A stretch of 64,000 bases of DNA from Bacilli bacterium (lineage in GTDB: Bacteria > Bacillota_I > Bacilli_A > RFN20 > CAG-826). The position numbers and the translations under genes were made by a program. Shown here piece by piece: positions 1-10,968 of this stretch (position 1 is the first letter of the stretch; each line of letters starts with the position of its first letter). The DNA is taken from contig JAKVOO010000001.1 of the NCBI GenBank assembly GCA_022482735.1, positions 838,837-902,836 on the forward strand, read 5' to 3'. Under the pieces are notes generated by a model. The model was not told where the DNA came from. It did not search any database and saw only the letters and a program-made list of their open reading frames with translations.

Positions 1-687
1 GGTTATGCGGGAGTTTAGTGTCAGTGTGAGATAATAGTAAGATCCTTCCACTCCTTGGGCATTTTCTAAATAGAAATGAATGTCCTGAAGTTCCTCCGAC
101 TCGCCAACCTCATATTTGAGAGTATAAACGCCTTCTTCTTGGGTGCGTTCAGTTACCTCAACTTCTGAAGTGGTTTCATAATAGGCTGTCCCCGGATTAG
201 CAATAGCTTCTTCGACTGATCCTTCGTGAATAATGTTTGCCGGGAGGACGGAAACAAAGTAGAACACTAGGTCCGAAGCATGCCCATCAGAAGGGCTAAT
301 CGTAACAAAGAATGCTCCTAAATTTGAGTAATCACTCGCAATCGTGACACTTCCTTCATCGGTGACAGTGGCCCGATTATTGTTGACTGCAAATGAAACC
401 TCTTTAATACTTGCATTTGCTGGTAAGTAGCCAATCGTAAAGTCGAAACTAACTCCCGCCTCTAAATATACGGGGCTAGCCTCATTTTCCGAAAGATCGA
501 CTGTACTCGTAGCAGAAATAGAAATCAAGTCAACTGGGACTGGAGTCTCAGAAGAACTCGAAGTTTGTGAAGATGGGGTTGAATCTGAGATTGATTCAGA
601 CGAACTCTCAGAACTCGTAGTATTATTGCCCCCACATCCCACTAAAACTAGAGCGGCTAAAAGCGATAAAAGTTTAAAGTTTTTCAT
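1..687 (-). CDS. Lipoprotein with Ser-rich linker and Ig-like (Big_2-like) domain, 3' end truncated by window edge
   Basis: Not in the ORF track. Manual translation gives MKNFKLLSLLAALVLVGCGGNNTTSSESSSES... with SD GAAAGGAG before the ATG at 687. The frame stays open to position 1. Confidence 0.8.
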   Translation of the reverse strand, partial: MKNFKLLSLLAALVLVGCGGNNTTSSESSSESISDSTPSSQTSSSSETPVPVDLISISATSTVDLSENEASPVYLEAGVSFDFTIGYLPANASIKEVSFAVNNNRATVTDEGSVTIASDYSNLGAFFVTISPSDGHASDLVFYFVSVLPANIIHEGSVEEAIANPGTAYYETTSEVEVTERTQEEGVYTLKYEVGESEELQDIHFYLENAQGVEGSYYYLTLTLNSRIT

Positions 688-733
688 GGAATCTCCTTTC
701 ATTAAACCTTTTTTCAACAAAGCCTCGACGGTT

Positions 734-2468
734 TTATCGCGGTCCTCCTTTCGCGATAGACGAATTAACTTTTCTGACTTTATTAGGTTTGATCTTATAC
801 TTACGATCAAACGTTAATAACCCATTTATTTCTTGCTGCACATCGGTTAATTGTGTGTAGCAAAACCCCGCTAAACTAGAAGACTCTTTGACGGCATTTA
901 TAATTCTTGTGTATTCTTCCAAGAGTTCGTTACTGTTTTTAACAGATGTATAACCCCAACCAGAATTTGAGTTATAGGCGATACCCCCAAATTCGCTAAG
1001 AATTATGGGTTGTCCATTATATGCATATCCATCGGCATATATTTTTTTCTTGGCGGGAGTGGAAGCAATCAATTTTTCGGCTGATGAAATATCGCTAGAA
1101 AATTTCTTTTGCTTTTCTTCATCATTTTTTTGACCATGATTATAATTATGAATGCAACATAAATCACCGATGGTTTGTTCCCAACCATCATTGGAAACTA
1201 CCAGTCGAGTGGCATCCATTTTCTTAATAATATTTACGATATCAACCGAAAACTGCTGTTGAGATTTGTCATGAGAAATATCCGGAACTCCCCATGACTC
1301 ATTTAATGGAACCCAAGCGATAATTGATGGATGATTATAATCACGAGCAATGATTCGTTTCCAATCGTTAATTTGGCTTTTTACTAATTCATCATTAAAT
1401 TCATAGCCACTGGCGTCCTCTCCCCATACGATGTAGCCTAATTTGTCGGCATAATATAGGAACCATTCATCGGCGACCTTTTGGTGAAGGCGGGCACCGT
1501 TAAATCCCATTGCCTTGGTCATCAAAATATCCATTTTTAATCGTTTATAGGAAGGAGCCGTCAAAAGTGACTTCGGATAGTATCCCTGATCAAGCACCAT
1601 TTTTAAAAAGTAGGGTTCATTATTCAATAAAATTTTTCCCCGCTTTGGCTTCAACTTTTCGCATTCCAAAGTAAGATTTAACTTTATCTAGTCCATACTG
1701 AAAAATAATTGAAAACAAGAAAGGATTCTCAGGTGTCCAAGATTTTCTTTTCCTTGCACTCACGTCTTTAAAAACACTTATCGTCAAGTTAATTTCCTGA
1801 TTGGTGGCTATTCCCCTGATTGTCTCGCCGGCAACTTTTATCGTATATGATTGTCCCGGCTTGTTGACAAAGAGGTCAACGCTTACCTTCCCCTCATCAT
1901 AAAGAGGAGTAATCTTTGCTTGGGTTATATGGTAAGCAGGCAAGTATTCCACCCAAACACTGCCCCAAATACCCGTGGTCCGATTGTACCAAATGATTTC
2001 CGGCTTTTCTTTCCAGTACTGTTTTCCTCGTGGTTGACTTTTATTTTCCATTTTATCTTCGACATAAACAGAAATAACATCGTTTTTATAGGTTAATTTA
2101 TCGCTGATATCAATCGAAACCGGGGTTTGACCACCGATATTTTCAGCAATAAGTTCGCCATTTAAGTAATACTTTGAACTGTAGTCGACCGCCTGGAAGT
2201 GAAGAATAACTACCGGGTTACTTTTATCACGTTTTAGATTAAGCTCGCGATAATACCAAACGTGGTCATGATGTTCTTGCCTATTAATGCCGCTTAATTG
2301 GGTTTCAAAAGTGTAAGGAACATTAATTAGAAGCGGATACTTGTCTTTATTTAAATACCATTGCTCCTTGACTCCGATATTGTCGTCATCAAAAGCAAAA
2401 TGCCAAGTTCCATTAAGTGAAACCCATTTTTGTCGTAAGAATGAAGGCCGTGGAAAACGATTTAGCAT
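734..2468 (-). CDS. Glycoside hydrolase family 2 (one frameshift near 1635)
   Basis: ORFs 1620..2468 and 734..1669 join. Motifs FPRP..LNGTWHF, QPRGKQ, GARLHQK, NESWG, SEFGG, GFCYTQLTDV. The shift lies in a GGGGAAAAA run. Confidence 0.9.
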
Positions 2469-2470
2469 AA

Positions 2471-3352
2471 TTATTTAATTCCTGTTCTAGCTACACCATC
2501 GATTATCTTTGATTGAACAAAAAGGAATACGATCAATATAGGAATAATCGATAAGACCGTAGCAGCAATTACAAATCCATAGTCATAGTTGTTTGAGCCC
2601 TGCATTGTGGCAAGACCCGTCTGTAGCAAATAAAAGTCGGTTTCACCAAAGATCGTGCCAATAATTGTTGGCCACATATAGTCATTCCAACTACCGATAA
2701 AGGCAAATAGGGCAGCGACAAGAATCGCACTTCTTCCTAGAGGAAAAATGATTTTAAATAGTATCTTAAAATCACTTGCGCCATCGATTCGCGCTTGCTC
2801 AATTAATTCGTAAGGTATTGAGAGGAAAAATTGGCGCACGATAAATAGGCCAAATGTTCCGCCTAATCCTGGAAGAATAAAATTAAGGAAGACAAGAAAG
2901 TAGTTTTGACCGGTATCGCTATATTGTGGAATCCAACCAAACTGATTGATCATTTGAAACAACGGTATTAAATTAATAATTCCCGGTATGACCATCGTAA
3001 TAAGAATTAAGCTAAAGACTACATTTCTTCCCTTCCACTTCAAAACACCAAATACATATCCGGCAAAAAATACAATAACGCTATATAAAGTAGTAAAAAT
3101 AGTTGATACCATCAATGAATTGCCTAACCACCGAAAAATGGGATAAGTATCCATATCTTGAAATAGCCGTATATAATTATCCAAGGTTGGATGATAGGGA
3201 ATTATTGATAAAACATGATTAGCAATATCGCTTGGGGATTTAAACGAGGTTCCAAACATCCACAGCAAAGGCATAATCCAAATTGCGGAAAGAACCAGCA
3301 AAATCCAAAATGAGACCCGTTTTCTGATTTTTTTATTTTTTGTAAGTCCCAT
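2471..3352 (-). CDS. Carbohydrate ABC transporter permease (MalG-like)
   Basis: EAA loop ELIEQARIDGAS, WNDYMWP, multiple TM segments. Confidence 0.92.
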   Translation of the reverse strand: MGLTKNKKIRKRVSFWILLVLSAIWIMPLLWMFGTSFKSPSDIANHVLSIIPYHPTLDNYIRLFQDMDTYPIFRWLGNSLMVSTIFTTLYSVIVFFAGYVFGVLKWKGRNVVFSLILITMVIPGIINLIPLFQMINQFGWIPQYSDTGQNYFLVFLNFILPGLGGTFGLFIVRQFFLSIPYELIEQARIDGASDFKILFKIIFPLGRSAILVAALFAFIGSWNDYMWPTIIGTIFGETDFYLLQTGLATMQGSNNYDYGFVIAATVLSIIPILIVFLFVQSKIIDGVARTGIK

Positions 3353-4276
3353 TTATTTTTCCGCCTTTCGTTGGTAAATGAACTGCGCGACGCTGACTAG
3401 CAAAATCAAAAAGCCAAAAATGATGGCTGCGCTGGCAGCAAGACCGCCCTTTGTCGTATCAAAAACTAAGTTATAAATCCACATCGTCGCGGAAGTGGTT
3501 GATTTTTCTGGACCGCCCTCGGTCAGTAAAGCCGATTGACCATAAAGATTAAATGATGAAATCACTGAGGTAAAAAGAGCTAAGAATAACTGATTTCTAA
3601 TTCCTGGCAGAGCAACATGAATAATGCTATCGAAGTAGCCACAGCCATCAATTGATGCTGCATCATAAAGTTGCTTATCGACGTCTTTTAAACCGGCAGA
3701 GAAAATAACGACATTAGTTCCTATAGTCCACCAAATAGTGGTAACAAGAATGGCTATCCAAGAGAAAGGTTGTTGATTCAACCATGAAACTGAATCCAGT
3801 CCAAATAAGTTCAAAATTCCATTTACAAATCCATTGTTGGAATCAAACTGCCAACGAAATATAAGGCAAACAACGGTTACTGACAAAACAGTAGGTAAGA
3901 AAAATATTGCTCTAAATACCTTGTAAAATTTCGGTTCATTATCCAATAAAATGGCGATAAATAAAGGAATGATAATGAGAAGAGGGACACTTATAACAAC
4001 GAATAATAGCGTATTCTTAATTGAATTAAGAAAGTCCAAACTTCTTTGTGAGCCAGAGAAAAGTAATGTCCAGTAATTGGAATTAGTTCCAAACCCCAAG
4101 AAAACACGACTTCCTGGATCAAAGTAATCCCATTTAAAGAAACTAATAAATATTCCGTAAAAGAAAGGGACGATGAAGAAAATAATGAAAGCCAAGAGGT
4201 AGGGAGAAAGCAATAGCCCTACGGTTCCATATTTCTTAATGTTTTTCTTTATTTTGCTTTTAGCTAAAGCGGTCAT
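3353..4276 (-). CDS. Carbohydrate ABC transporter permease (MalF-like)
   Basis: QLYDAASIDGCG EAA loop, FFLPTVLS, LTEGGP. Confidence 0.92.
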   Translation of the reverse strand: MTALAKSKIKKNIKKYGTVGLLLSPYLLAFIIFFIVPFFYGIFISFFKWDYFDPGSRVFLGFGTNSNYWTLLFSGSQRSLDFLNSIKNTLLFVVISVPLLIIIPLFIAILLDNEPKFYKVFRAIFFLPTVLSVTVVCLIFRWQFDSNNGFVNGILNLFGLDSVSWLNQQPFSWIAILVTTIWWTIGTNVVIFSAGLKDVDKQLYDAASIDGCGYFDSIIHVALPGIRNQLFLALFTSVISSFNLYGQSALLTEGGPEKSTTSATMWIYNLVFDTTKGGLAASAAIIFGFLILLVSVAQFIYQRKAEK

Positions 4277-4287
4277 TGAATTTGTTC

Positions 4288-5592
4288 CTATTCGTTAGCT
4301 CGAGCTTCTGCAACCAGTTCAAGTCCTTCTTCATATGCTTCTTGAAGGAGAGAAGGACCATTATAATCAGAACGACTTAAAGCCGTAGTTAGTCGAGAAA
4401 ATACCGGCGAATAGGCCTCATAATAATATGGAGATGGAGCATTTAATGTAAAACTTTCCACATTGCCATAATGCGCATGATAAGGCAGAGCGGCATATTC
4501 TGGCGTTGCTCGCGCTATGTTACTAGCGGGTACGTGGCCACCTTTTTCTGCCCATAAAGAAGCGTGCTCTGTCATGTATTTAATGAAAGTCAAAGCGGCT
4601 TTTTGTTTTGCGGCATTGCCTCGTCCATTAGGTAAAATGAACGAATGCGAACGGCTAGCAATTTTGTCAGAAACAGCGGTTGGAGTGTCAACAAACATAT
4701 TAGATAGCGAGGCCACTCCAAAATTAACTCCGGAGTCCACCACCGAATTAAGCATCCAATCGCCATTTATATGAAACATTGCTTTTCCTTGATTAAATGT
4801 CATTAAGTCAGAATCAACACTGACATTTAAAGGTGAGAGATGGTATTGATGAATTAAATCCGTCACCGATTTTAACGCCGCCGCTCCCGCTGCCGTGTTA
4901 TAAGCCGGATTGCCTTCGGCATCAACTTCGGTACCACCATTTTGGTATAAAGCGGTTGTGTAAATGTATTCGCTTGGCCAAGCAGTTGATAATGGCAGTC
5001 CCCACCCACCGCTAGGAGTATTGGGCATAGAACTAGCAGCCGCAATTAATTCCGCCCGATTGGTTGGAACATTGCCACTATAATATTGATTAAGCAAATC
5101 TTTATTGTAATAAAGAACAATCGTATGAATGTCTAGCGGAACCGCATAGAGTTGATCGTTGTACTTCATGGCATCAAAGACATCAGGCAGATAATCTTCA
5201 CGCTTAATATCAATTCCGTTATCGACAATCAAATCATCAAGCGGAGTCAAATAATCTTTAACCGCAAAATTTGGAATTTTATAGGAGTGGATTAAGGCTA
5301 CATCAAAGGCCCGTTTCATCGGAATCGACAACGAAAGTGCTTGATAGTACTCTGTTTCTGGAGTAAAAGTCTCGGTGACCTTAATTTGCCCAGCATAAGC
5401 CGCATTAAAATCAGACACCAACTGACGCATTGCAACTCCGTCGGCACCAGTAATTGGATTTCCGTAGGTGATTAATACTTCTCCTTGCGAAGTTGAATCT
5501 CCACCACTACTTCCGTCCGTCGAAGATTTTGCCGTGGTCCCGCAAGACGACAGCACCAGTAGCAAAGAGGCAAAAATAAGTTGTTTTTTCAT
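4288..5592 (-). CDS. Sugar ABC substrate-binding lipoprotein
   Basis: Lipobox LSSC, YAVPLD..LYYNKDL, FNQGKAMFHINGDW, adjacent to two permeases. Confidence 0.92.
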   Translation of the reverse strand: MKKQLIFASLLLVLSSCGTTAKSSTDGSSGGDSTSQGEVLITYGNPITGADGVAMRQLVSDFNAAYAGQIKVTETFTPETEYYQALSLSIPMKRAFDVALIHSYKIPNFAVKDYLTPLDDLIVDNGIDIKREDYLPDVFDAMKYNDQLYAVPLDIHTIVLYYNKDLLNQYYSGNVPTNRAELIAAASSMPNTPSGGWGLPLSTAWPSEYIYTTALYQNGGTEVDAEGNPAYNTAAGAAALKSVTDLIHQYHLSPLNVSVDSDLMTFNQGKAMFHINGDWMLNSVVDSGVNFGVASLSNMFVDTPTAVSDKIASRSHSFILPNGRGNAAKQKAALTFIKYMTEHASLWAEKGGHVPASNIARATPEYAALPYHAHYGNVESFTLNAPSPYYYEAYSPVFSRLTTALSRSDYNGPSLLQEAYEEGLELVAEARANE

Positions 5593-5601
5593 GATTTTCT
5601 C

Positions 5602-6725
5602 CTATAGATTTATAATTGGATAGCGAGCATTTTCGCTCGTTCCATAATCTTTCGTATGTGGCCATCCTTCGGTCCATATAAGCTTCTCGATTAAAAGTGA
5701 TCGGCGATTAGTTGTCCCTTCTTTGGCATCTTTAGTCGTGTCATATCCGTGATAGACAAGATAATAATCGCCGGCATCATCCTCAATCATCGCATTATGA
5801 CCGACGCCAACAAAACGCTCATTAGCGGTGACCACTAAGGTTCCCTTATTTTGTTGCATCGCCATATCATTGCCATTTTGATCTAAGTATGGTCCGCCAA
5901 TTGATTCCGACCTCGCGACTACTACTTTGTAGGTGGAACTAAAGCCGGCGCAGCAACTGCCAGTTGATAAGAATAGGATAATAGTAGCTATTAACTTTTC
6001 TTAGGTATGCCCCCTCGTAGTTTCCTAAATTGAAACTACTAGTCGTCCCCTGCTAAAAGTATTTTGTGGCTACTTTGATACTCAACACCATTTAATAGCC
6101 CAAGGCCATCACTCGTTAATTCGACAAGATAAATGCCGACAAATGATCCCCAAGCCATGTAGACATGACCATCATCCACAAAGACACTTGGATCAATCGA
6201 ATTAGCAACACCAATTTCACTACTGAGAAATAATTTTCCTTGATCAGTAAATGGTCCTAAGGGACTATCGGATGTGGCAACGCCAATACCGGGATCGGCG
6301 TCTCCCCAAGTGGAAAGAGAGTAGTATAAGAGGTATTTATCGCCAATTTTGACAATATCAGGGGCCCAAATGCCAGCCCCCATAGTTCCCCAAGAAGGGG
6401 TATCTTTTGCTTTTGGAAAAGCCGAATTACGAAACTCCCAATGAACGAGATCGACACTCGACAGAACGGGTACATACTTCAATCCGTAATCAGTCCCCCA
6501 TCTTGCGGTATCGGATGTTCCATAGGCATAAAACACTCCATCTTCTCCCCGAATAATTGATGGATCAGCTAAAACTGGTTCCCAAACGGGATTGTTATAT
6601 TCCGTTGGTTGTTCTTGACTTGATAAAGAAGAATACTCTGATGAAGTTGACGACACGTTACTACCTCCGCATCCCGTGAGTAGACAAGTAACAAGCAATG
6701 CTGAGAGAAACTTTTTCATAATCAA
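5602..6725 (-). CDS. GH43 arabinanase-like lipoprotein (two frameshifts near 6048 and 5976)
   Basis: Lipobox LTGC, LADPS, WAPD, NSIDP. Removing one G and one C restores NYEGAYL..YYYLFLSTGSCCAGF..VARS, in frame with ORF 5602..5865 (VGVGHNA). Confidence 0.88.
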
Positions 6726-8731
6726 TCCTTGGTAATAACTAATGAATCAACTGTTATTAATCCACTGGCCTTTCCGATCAGCAGGGCTATTTTTCCTCGA
6801 GAATAATTTTCTTCGGGAGTAAATGTCAGTGTGAAATCTTGATATTCACTAGTTAATGTCACGGCTTTTTTAGCAATATTAACGTCTCCATTATTGTTAG
6901 TTACTTCCATATCAATGCTGGTTGTACCCGAATTAACTTTAGCTCTTAAAGTGAGCGTATAGGTGATTCCTGAAGAGAAAATTTTTCCATCTTGCGCTAA
7001 TTGAGCATGCCAGGATTGACTTCCAGGAGTGACGACATTTAATGTGACCTCTTGGGAAGAGAGGTTTGTCCCGAATTCAACTAACGCCCCATTGCTCGCT
7101 TCCTTAATAAAGCCATAACTACCATACTTAAAATCCGAATTGACAATTTGCCAGTCTTCATAACTTCGAGGATCAACTTGCGTGGCTTCACCAGCAGTTA
7201 TCTGTTGATTTTCAAATTTATCAATGGTAACCACATTACTGCCCTGACCACCGAGAAGAATTGAATATTTAGCGTTAAAACTAATCGTGGCCCTAAACTC
7301 AACCGTAAATGTTTGAAATTCAGTGGTTAGATTTAAGGTTTCTGCTACTACCCGAGCAAAGGAGTTACTTGGATTAGAAACTTCAATAACGACCGTCCGC
7401 GCTACATCGGCTTTAGCTATCAAGGTAATACGATAGATTTGACCCGAAGTTATGCTTACGTTCTGTTGCCATAGCTGAATATGCCAACCATCGCTCGATC
7501 CCGAAACAATCTCAATCGTCGCCTTAGAATCACCGGATGAGAAATTAGCATTTCCATTTCCATTAGTTTGATTTACGTCTTTAGTCCAGCCCTGGAATCC
7601 ATTGTCAAAATCAGCATTAATCAAATTGTATGGATGATCTTTGGCAATGACAAATCCGACTCTTCGATTGACAAACCCAAAGTTTCCTTCGCTATCAGAA
7701 ACACGGTAAGAGATCATCATCCCAGTTTGAGCGTTGACATTATTTGGGACTTCTCCGACGATTGTCATACTGGAAGTGATATCCTGGCCTAAGTAATCTT
7801 TGGCCGTGACTTGTGGAAGCGCATCAAATTGGTCTTTAGTCGATACAGTTACTGGTCCGGCATTTTGAAAAGTCGGGGCCTTGTCTATAGGTGCTAAATT
7901 GACCTCTCGCACTTTGATGTTATCAATCGTGCAGTCAATCGGGTTAGCGCTAGTAGCTGTGTCATCGATCGAAAGATTGTAGCCAAGATAAATAACGGCT
8001 TTAACTAGCGAAATATCCGCAGAAATTGAAGCGATAACCGAATAAGTTTGATATTCACTAGTTAGAGTGAGGGCTTGATATCCGCTTACGAGCATAGCGT
8101 AATTGTTGGATACATTTTCAAATCCCGCGGAAATGGCCCGGCCCGACGAAGATTTGGCTTGAAAGGTCATCTCGTATGATTTTCCCGCCTCAAATGAAAT
8201 TCCTGATTGATACAATTGTATCGCCCAAGCTTCAGTTCCAGGATCAGTGACCGCAATGTAAGCCGCACTATTCTTAATTGAAAAAGTGCCGTTGCCTCCT
8301 GGTTTATCAAAGGTCCAGTAAGTTTTGCCGCTAGAAAAATTACCATTATAAACATTAACGCCCCGAATAACTTGAATTGATCTAGTCACGGTTGAAGTTG
8401 TTTGAACTGAGTTTGTAGCTGAATAAGTAATCGTATATCCTGCTTCAAAATCGGAACTAAAATAATCATCATCTTCAATTGTTACTTCCAACTCGCCATC
8501 TATTCCGTCATAGGCGTGAACACCTTCTAAAAGGTCAAACGCATCGCCTAAAGGAGCGACAGTATCTTCAACTCCTTCCCACGTAATCCCATGCACGGGA
8601 ATAGTCGTACTAATTGATGAAGAATCTAATGAACCACTTGATGAGGGTTCAAGGGAGGACGAATTACCTGAACTGCAGGCAAATAGCATAGAAGAGCATA
8701 CAATCGATAGTAATATTTTGCTTATTTTCAT
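6722..8731 (-). CDS. Non-catalytic lipoprotein with two Ig-like (DUF5011-like) and three CBM4/9-like modules
   Basis: Lipobox LFAC. Three modules of the type N..F..G...W/F...W.xQL.Q......G..Y.....AK. Ig motifs AYDGIDG..ITYSATNS and AKDYLG..ISYRVSDSEGN. Confidence 0.75.
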   Translation of the reverse strand: MKISKILLSIVCSSMLFACSSGNSSSLEPSSSGSLDSSSISTTIPVHGITWEGVEDTVAPLGDAFDLLEGVHAYDGIDGELEVTIEDDDYFSSDFEAGYTITYSATNSVQTTSTVTRSIQVIRGVNVYNGNFSSGKTYWTFDKPGGNGTFSIKNSAAYIAVTDPGTEAWAIQLYQSGISFEAGKSYEMTFQAKSSSGRAISAGFENVSNNYAMLVSGYQALTLTSEYQTYSVIASISADISLVKAVIYLGYNLSIDDTATSANPIDCTIDNIKVREVNLAPIDKAPTFQNAGPVTVSTKDQFDALPQVTAKDYLGQDITSSMTIVGEVPNNVNAQTGMMISYRVSDSEGNFGFVNRRVGFVIAKDHPYNLINADFDNGFQGWTKDVNQTNGNGNANFSSGDSKATIEIVSGSSDGWHIQLWQQNVSITSGQIYRITLIAKADVARTVVIEVSNPSNSFARVVAETLNLTTEFQTFTVEFRATISFNAKYSILLGGQGSNVVTIDKFENQQITAGEATQVDPRSYEDWQIVNSDFKYGSYGFIKEASNGALVEFGTNLSSQEVTLNVVTPGSQSWHAQLAQDGKIFSSGITYTLTLRAKVNSGTTSIDMEVTNNNGDVNIAKKAVTLTSEYQDFTLTFTPEENYSRGKIALLIGKASGLITVDSLVITKD

Positions 8732-8750
8732 AGTTTCCTCCTATAAGCAT

Positions 8751-9719
8751 TTATTGTTCCCGAACAAAGAGTGAAACATCTAAAACTTTACGGGTTAGAT
8801 TTTCTTTAGTTCCACCGACAATCATTCGGTTAAGGCTTTCGACACTTTCATAGGCTATTTCAGTTGTCTTATGGTTAACGCTTGTAATATTTGGAAGGTA
8901 GGTCAAAAATTTCTTGATATTATCGAATCCAACCATCTGAATGCCTTTTATCTTGTCTTTTACATTCTGAATTTGTGAAAGGATGGAGTAACAAATGTCA
9001 TCATTGAAACAAACAATGCCTGTATTTTCGTCCAGCATCGAGCGGATTTCGCTGATGTTTTCATTATCAATAACGTCCGCATAGTAAAACTGAGGAACGA
9101 TTTTGGCATTCTTTAATCCATCTTTTAGTCCTTCATAACGACGAATCGAACATTCAATTTCTTTCGGGCCAACATAAATCACTTTTTGCGATTTGTTCTC
9201 CAAAAGATAATCGGCGACTAACTTTCCGCCTTTATAATCATCAGTACAAACATAACTGATAACATTGCTATCGCTTTTTCGACCAATTAATAAGACTGGA
9301 AGTGATGTTTGTTCAATAATTTCAAGGGCCTCTTCCGAAGGCTCAAGAAATGTCAGCACACCTTCAATTCGCTGTTGAATAATGCTCCGAAGAAGCGGGG
9401 GGCTAAGACGCGATGTCGGAGAGGGAATGATTAAGGCATCGTAACCAAAAGTCCGAAGTTTGCTAATCAGTTTATGGGCAGTTAAAGAAAAGTATGGGTT
9501 GCGCATATTATCGTATACTAGAGCTACGACGTGCGTGCGACCGTTTTTTAAAGAAACGGCATTCTTATTGGGAATGTATCCCAATTCCTTTGCCTTGTCC
9601 TTAACTTTTGTCTTTAGCGATTCGCTGATATCCGGGAGATCTCTTAAAGCATGGGAAACCGTGTTTTTCGATACTCCTAGAGCGTCAGCTAAATCCTGCA
9701 TGGAAATAAGGTTTTTCAT
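8751..9719 (-). CDS. LacI-family transcriptional regulator
   Basis: SMQDLADALGVSKNTVSHAL HTH, LGYIPN, VCFND, VGFDN. Confidence 0.93.
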   Translation of the reverse strand: MKNLISMQDLADALGVSKNTVSHALRDLPDISESLKTKVKDKAKELGYIPNKNAVSLKNGRTHVVALVYDNMRNPYFSLTAHKLISKLRTFGYDALIIPSPTSRLSPPLLRSIIQQRIEGVLTFLEPSEEALEIIEQTSLPVLLIGRKSDSNVISYVCTDDYKGGKLVADYLLENKSQKVIYVGPKEIECSIRRYEGLKDGLKNAKIVPQFYYADVIDNENISEIRSMLDENTGIVCFNDDICYSILSQIQNVKDKIKGIQMVGFDNIKKFLTYLPNITSVNHKTTEIAYESVESLNRMIVGGTKENLTRKVLDVSLFVREQ

Positions 9720-9731
9720 AAGTTCATTTTT

Positions 9732-9760
9732 ATATTACATTACCGATAATGTAATGTCAA
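9732..9760 (-). promoter_or_regulatory. Sigma-A promoter with overlapping LacI-type operator
   Basis: TTGACA (9760-9755), 17 bp spacer, TAATAT. Palindrome ATTACATTA-CCGA-TAATGTAAT at 9734-9755. Confidence 0.7.
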
Positions 9761-9998
9761 TAATAAATAATAAAGGGCTTACATAAGGCCAAAGGTAAAA
9801 AACTACTTTTGTTAATCGTGAAGCCTAAAAACGAACAATTGTTAAACTCTTTATTATCAATAGTATTAACAATAATTAATCAATAGTACTTTTTTTAGAA
9901 AAGAAGCCAAAAAATATAGCGACAAGTTTGTTGCCAAAAAAATATTTTTGCTATTAATTATTAAATTTTTATATATGTGTAAATGAATAGAAAATCAA

Positions 9999-10661
9999 TC
10001 AACGAGTAGTAAACATCGATGCTAGTTTAAAGGCCGGCATTGTTTGTAGATATACTCGGCCCGGGCCTCTAAGAATAGTATTGAATATTCCTTCACCGCC
10101 AAGAAGTACATTTTTAACTCCTCCAACTGTTCGAATATCCATCTGCACTGTGGCATCCATTCCCGCGACATATCCCGTACTTACAATCAATTCCTCACCT
10201 ATTTCAAGATCTTTAATTACTACTGATCCATCAATCTCTAAAAAGGCGGTACCCTCCCCAGTCAACCTTTGCATAATAAAACCTTCGCCGCCAAAAACTC
10301 CGGCTCCTAGTTTTTTTCTAAAGAAAGTAGAAAGTTCTACGCCCATTTCAGCACAAAGAAAAGCTCGCTTTTGGGCGATAAATGGTTTATCAAAAGTAAT
10401 ATCAATGGGAATTATGGAGCCGGGCATACAGGACGCTAAACTGATTGTCCCCGGAGTGTTTTGTGCAGTATAGTAATTGAGGAAAAGACTCTCTCCAGAA
10501 AGTATTCTCCCAAATACCTTGCCCACATCTCCTCCTCGCGTTTCCATCTTCATATTAGGACTCATCCAAGCCATTCCACCGGCTTCGGTAATAATCGTTT
10601 CGTTTGCTTCAAGTTCGATATTAACTACTGGTAATTGTCCGCCATCAATTTGATACTTCAT
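9999..10661 (-). CDS. AIM24 / TIGR00266 family protein
   Basis: EAGGMAWMS, SGESLFLN, FGGEGFIMQRLTGEG, GGEGIF..GPGRVYLQTMP. Confidence 0.9.
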   Translation of the reverse strand: MKYQIDGGQLPVVNIELEANETIITEAGGMAWMSPNMKMETRGGDVGKVFGRILSGESLFLNYYTAQNTPGTISLASCMPGSIIPIDITFDKPFIAQKRAFLCAEMGVELSTFFRKKLGAGVFGGEGFIMQRLTGEGTAFLEIDGSVVIKDLEIGEELIVSTGYVAGMDATVQMDIRTVGGVKNVLLGGEGIFNTILRGPGRVYLQTMPAFKLASMFTTR

Positions 10662-10968
10662 ATTTTGCTCATTTCTTTTTTGCTACTATTTTTTAATAGT
10701 CGATATTTATATAATACTCATTTTATGTTTATTATCTAAATAGTTTCCATATTAAAAAGAATGAAGTTACTCCAATTGCTTGGCCTTTTTATTTTTAAAG
10801 TGCGCTATTGCTTCTTATGATAAAAACGATATTAGGAACTAATATACTAATAATATAGATAACTATTATGCCTATGGCATATATTGCTTCGGAACTTATG
10901 TTGTTGCTCCCCATAGATCATGTTTAATTTAAAAACCAAGTTTTTTTTAGTTTAAACTGAAGTAATTA

